A DNA stretch of 63,982 nucleotides, filler included, from Dimargaris cristalligena (Eukaryota): assembly GCA_003614675.1 (NCBI GenBank). It is 3 parts of 3 records of this genome, joined end to end, with 100 filler letters (N's around TTAATTAATTAA, not from the genome) between each part and the next. Parts side by side here need not be neighbours in the genome. Positions count along the whole stretch, not along the records: positions 43,690 to 63,982 come from ML002701.1; 2 more parts are not named here. One strand, 5' to 3'. Made by a program: the position numbers and the translations under genes. The first letter of the stretch is position 1. Every line of letters starts with the position of its first letter. The notes under the pieces are model-generated. The model ran no database searches and was not told the origin of the DNA. It saw only the letters and a list, made by a program, of their open reading frames with translations. Of the stretch, positions 60,578 to 63,982 are shown in pieces.

Positions 60578-61201
60578 TTATTTCTTCGTCGCCAGGGGAA
60601 CTGTTATCGGGTGACATGGGTCAACGGTAAATGTGAATAAAGTGAAATGAAGGGGATGATAATACAGGTTAGCTAATGATATTTTTATCATAATGAAAAG
60701 GGCTATCCGTCGGTGCAGCAGCTCTCCCCCTTCCATAACCAGGCCGCCTGAGATAACCCGGTGGGCGACAATGGTAAAGGGTAAATGCTTAACCAAAAAC
60801 CATGCACAGCTATACAAAATATTGGGACAAGAGGGTTTCAAGGCACCCCCCCTCTCATGTAATCGGAATAGGTTCAACTTACCAATGATAATGACGAGGA
60901 GGATAATGATGACCACGGCGATAATAATCTTCAGCTTCATATCCTTCCACCACATTTGTTTGCGGACCCGCGAGGCGCCCTTGCGGAACTGCCGGGCCCC
61001 TTCGTTCATGTCATCAGTCTTGGAATGGAGGACATCGAGACGTTCTTCACGTTCCATCACCTTGTCGATGTTATCCTGCATAATGTTAACGACCTCGTCT
61101 AACTCCTGCTGGATTTGGTGGGACTTGTTGGGCGGATTGCCACCCGGAGTGGGGTGACCGGAAGTCGGGTTGTTCTCCGAGGGGTAGGCATTGTACGACA
61201 T
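60578..61201 (-). CDS. SNC1: Synaptobrevin / R-SNARE Snc1-like; exons 61201-60883 and 60600-60578
   Basis: IQQELDEVVNIMQDNIDKVMEREERLD.L..K..F.KGA.RVRKQMWWKDMK, then transmembrane helix ending IIIVPLATKK after splicing. Confidence 0.93.
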   Translation of the reverse strand: MSYNAYPSENNPTSGHPTPGGNPPNKSHQIQQELDEVVNIMQDNIDKVMEREERLDVLHSKTDDMNEGARQFRKGASRVRKQMWWKDMKLKIIIAVVIIILLVIIIGKLNLFRLHERGGALKPSCPNILYSCAWFLVKHLPFTIVAHRVISGGLVMEGGELLHRRIALFIMIKISLANLYYHPLHFTLFTFTVDPCHPITVPLATKK

Positions 61202-62155
61202 GATGGAGAAGGTGGGGTGAGGATGAAGGGGAAAGGGGTCAGATAGAGACAATCCAAAGGAAAGAGGAACGGAAGGAATGGAAAGAAATCTAGAGAGTGG
61301 GAAAGGATGAATGTCAAACAATGTAAGGACAGAGGAAGGAGCCAGAAAGAGACAGAGAGAGAGGACAAATAAGGAGGTGAGGTGTTAGTGGAGGGGGTCT
61401 TGGTGGGGGGGAAGGTGAAACTACGCGGCTTGGGGGGCGCCTAGGCCTATATAATAAATGGCACAGTTGGTTTGGGGCCACGATAATATTTCGAGACCCG
61501 ACTGACTTCTATTCTAGAACACCAGCCTAGGAGAAGGAGAAAAGGCCCTTGTTTGGGTCAGGTAAAGCAGGCCCACCACTGCAACAGGCCAAGAAAGGGG
61601 AGAGAGACACAGGCGGCGTTCCTAGAACACCTAGCCTGGTGCAGGTATAACCCCAGCCCACCTCCACGACTACAGCAGTTGCCGGCAGCGCCTCCTCCTC
61701 CCAGCCCTTTGGGTGCACACACAGTAGGCAAGCTAAGAAAGGGGGAACAGGCAGGAAGAGGAGGAGGCAGCCCTATCCACAGCTGGCTAGCTGGGTCGTA
61801 CGTATGGTGAGACTTGGCAGGTGGACTTGGGCACCTGGCGTGGTGACGTACAAGCCTCTCCTCCTTCATTCGTTCACCCACTCAGCTTCATACCGGTGGT
61901 TCTTCCCGTCCCGCTTCGCATAACTTGTTCAATTGGGCAAGCGACTAGGCTCTGCTGTGGCAAAAGACGGCATGCTGGTCACCAAGAATAGTTGGAGAGG
62001 GGAACTTACCAAGGAAGCAGTGGACAGATACTGGGTACAGTTGACGAGACGATACGGTACAAGAGCAGGAAATAATAATATACAAGAGAGCTAAGGAAGG
62101 AAGTCAAGAAGGAAGGACAACGGGCTGGGCGGTGAAACCTTAATTTTAATGAGAG

Positions 62156-62161
62156 GAAAGA

Positions 62162-62204
<43 letters not shown>
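62156..62204. repeat. (GAAAGAGAGAGA)n purine microsatellite
   Basis: About 4 copies of a 12-bp GA-rich unit. Confidence 0.85.
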
Positions 62205-63982
62205 GGGGGGAGAGCGGGAGAGATAAATATAAAACTATACAGCATATAGAGGGTATATGCAGCTCACATTACATATAAATCCCCTTCCAGGGCCAGCCAG
62301 AGAGGCAGGGTTAAATAAACGCTGGGCCAAGGCAAGGCGAGGGGAGTACGCCACCCCTGGCTGGCTGGCTGGCTAGTGAAATGGTTTAACCAACCGTAAT
62401 CTACAGAGAGGCCGATTACGCACCCGATGAACCAGCAAATCACGGGCTGGGGATGGCCCCCCGGCTAAGGCTTAGGCGGGGGTATTACTCCGGCCAATGC
62501 GAGGCTGTCCTACTCCGTCGACTAGAGAAGAGAAAGAGAGATGCGCTGCACAGGCCCAAAGCGGAAACTCAATTCTTTTGGGCCCGATTCCTAATGGAAT
62601 AAATATATATATATATATATATATGTATATCTAAAAAGCTGCACCCTGGTCGTTCCACCGTAGTGGCTATTGTTCACAGCCCATTCCATTCCATTGTTCA
62701 TCAGTGGGAGGGTCATTTCCATACTTGGAGATGTAGGTCCCTCCCTGTGACTGAGGGCCATCCAGTGGGTACCAGATGCAATTATTGGCCTAGCTGAATT
62801 ATCCATGCCGTTCCACAGCCTATTGTAGTTGGATCATTGCTCGGCTTTTAAACATGGTGCACCCCTTCCACGTTCACTCTTCTACCCCGGACTGCCTGCA
62901 CCTACGCGATACGACTTTGCAACTGCCTGCTTCTCACTCCTCCTTAATTGATATTAATACATATGTAGATCACCACACCATCCTCTCCCCTCTCTGGATT
63001 CTTCGCCTCTTCCAGACCCTGGATCGCCGAAATTACCCAATAATCTGTCCTGGTGTATTCCATCTGAACTGAAGCCATCCCGTAAAACCAATCCCCTCTG
63101 TTTGACGGCTGGGACATATATCAAGCAATGGCATCCGCGGTATAGATCCCCCGCCGGCCTAATTATAAACTGCCGATTCACTTACTGTTCTATATAAAAC
63201 CCCTTAAACATCTTATAATGTAGGGTTATCCCCTCCTGGACTATCTTTATGGAGAAGTGCAGATGGTTCTGGGCATTCGTAAGGTGCTGGAAGGGCTAAA
63301 ATCCACTACTTTGGCGAGTCAAAATCCGATGTTCTTGCACCATGGACAGTCAGGCAGTGTCAACAAATCTAATGTCCAGAAAGCAGTAGCATACGTATCA
63401 TTAGCATGACCCGATATGGTGGTCGTAATAGCATAGCCGGGCCACCCGGGCACTGCGTCACCATCAGTGAGCGTCACTGCGAAACTCCTTTCCTTAGCCA
63501 GATCTACTTAGCATAGGCAATCCATATCCTGGCGTTGCTAGTCATCCAACATTCGCTCAGATATAAACCGGGGGCTAATCACAGTTACTTGCACTTTCCC
63601 AAATGAAAAATGGGTTCCTATACAACCTTTGCCAACCCGCCTGATAAATCCAAAGGGGATGGTTCCTCTATACGAGCTAGTCTTACCACTGCACTATAAT
63701 CGAGACTGGGAAACTATTCAAGTCCCTCTCGCTGCCCCTTTTCACAGAGCATTCTATCAGACACTGCGTTCGACTTTGGCATACCGCACATCCCATTAGC
63801 ATCACCACAGCCACCCTTCCTTCCAGAGGATCCTGCTATTCAATACGATATCCTTATGCAGATCGAATTGATTAATATAGTCGAGTAGAAGATGTAATAG
63901 TCAACTGGAAAGGCTAAATCTGCACGCACCATGTGGGTGGTATCTGTAGTGGTGGGGGGGGGGGGGTCTCAAGTGCTTCTTG

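Noticed and set aside
62854-63982. Short ORFs at the window end as a possible decayed transposon or gene
   Set aside because: No recognisable motifs in the frames examined.

Overview
Eukaryotic, fungal genomic DNA. It has GT-AG introns with CTAAC-like branch points and carries genes missing from budding yeast, which suggests an early-diverging fungus (inference). The window is a mostly compact run of housekeeping genes, in this order: a Pro-rich orphan, JTB-like protein, SEC24, ADK1, a ~7.6 kb gene-poor stretch, PCK1, a partial PFK, XRN1, IWR1, MMTAG2-like, MBA1/mL45, MRPL32, NUP43-like, complex I NI9M, BZW/5MP, partial ARP5, RAMP4-like, IST1, TEM1/SPG1, an MFS sugar transporter, ATS1/SERGEF-like RCC1, a split HSP20, a small membrane orphan and a synaptobrevin. 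Two 100-bp N gaps contain an artificial TTAATTAATTAA linker. The most notable observations are: (1) an in-frame, weak-context upstream AUG that adds a mitochondrial-presequence-like extension to ATP-dependent PEPCK; (2) a ~145-bp MITE-like family with three clear copies and one decayed copy; (3) a BZW/5MP start codon in poor context, consistent with known autoregulation; (4) Nup43 and JTB homologs; (5) a stop-free intron of 3n length in the v-SNARE. No CRISPR arrays, rRNA or confident tRNA were seen. All family assignments come from recognising motifs by eye, not from database searches.
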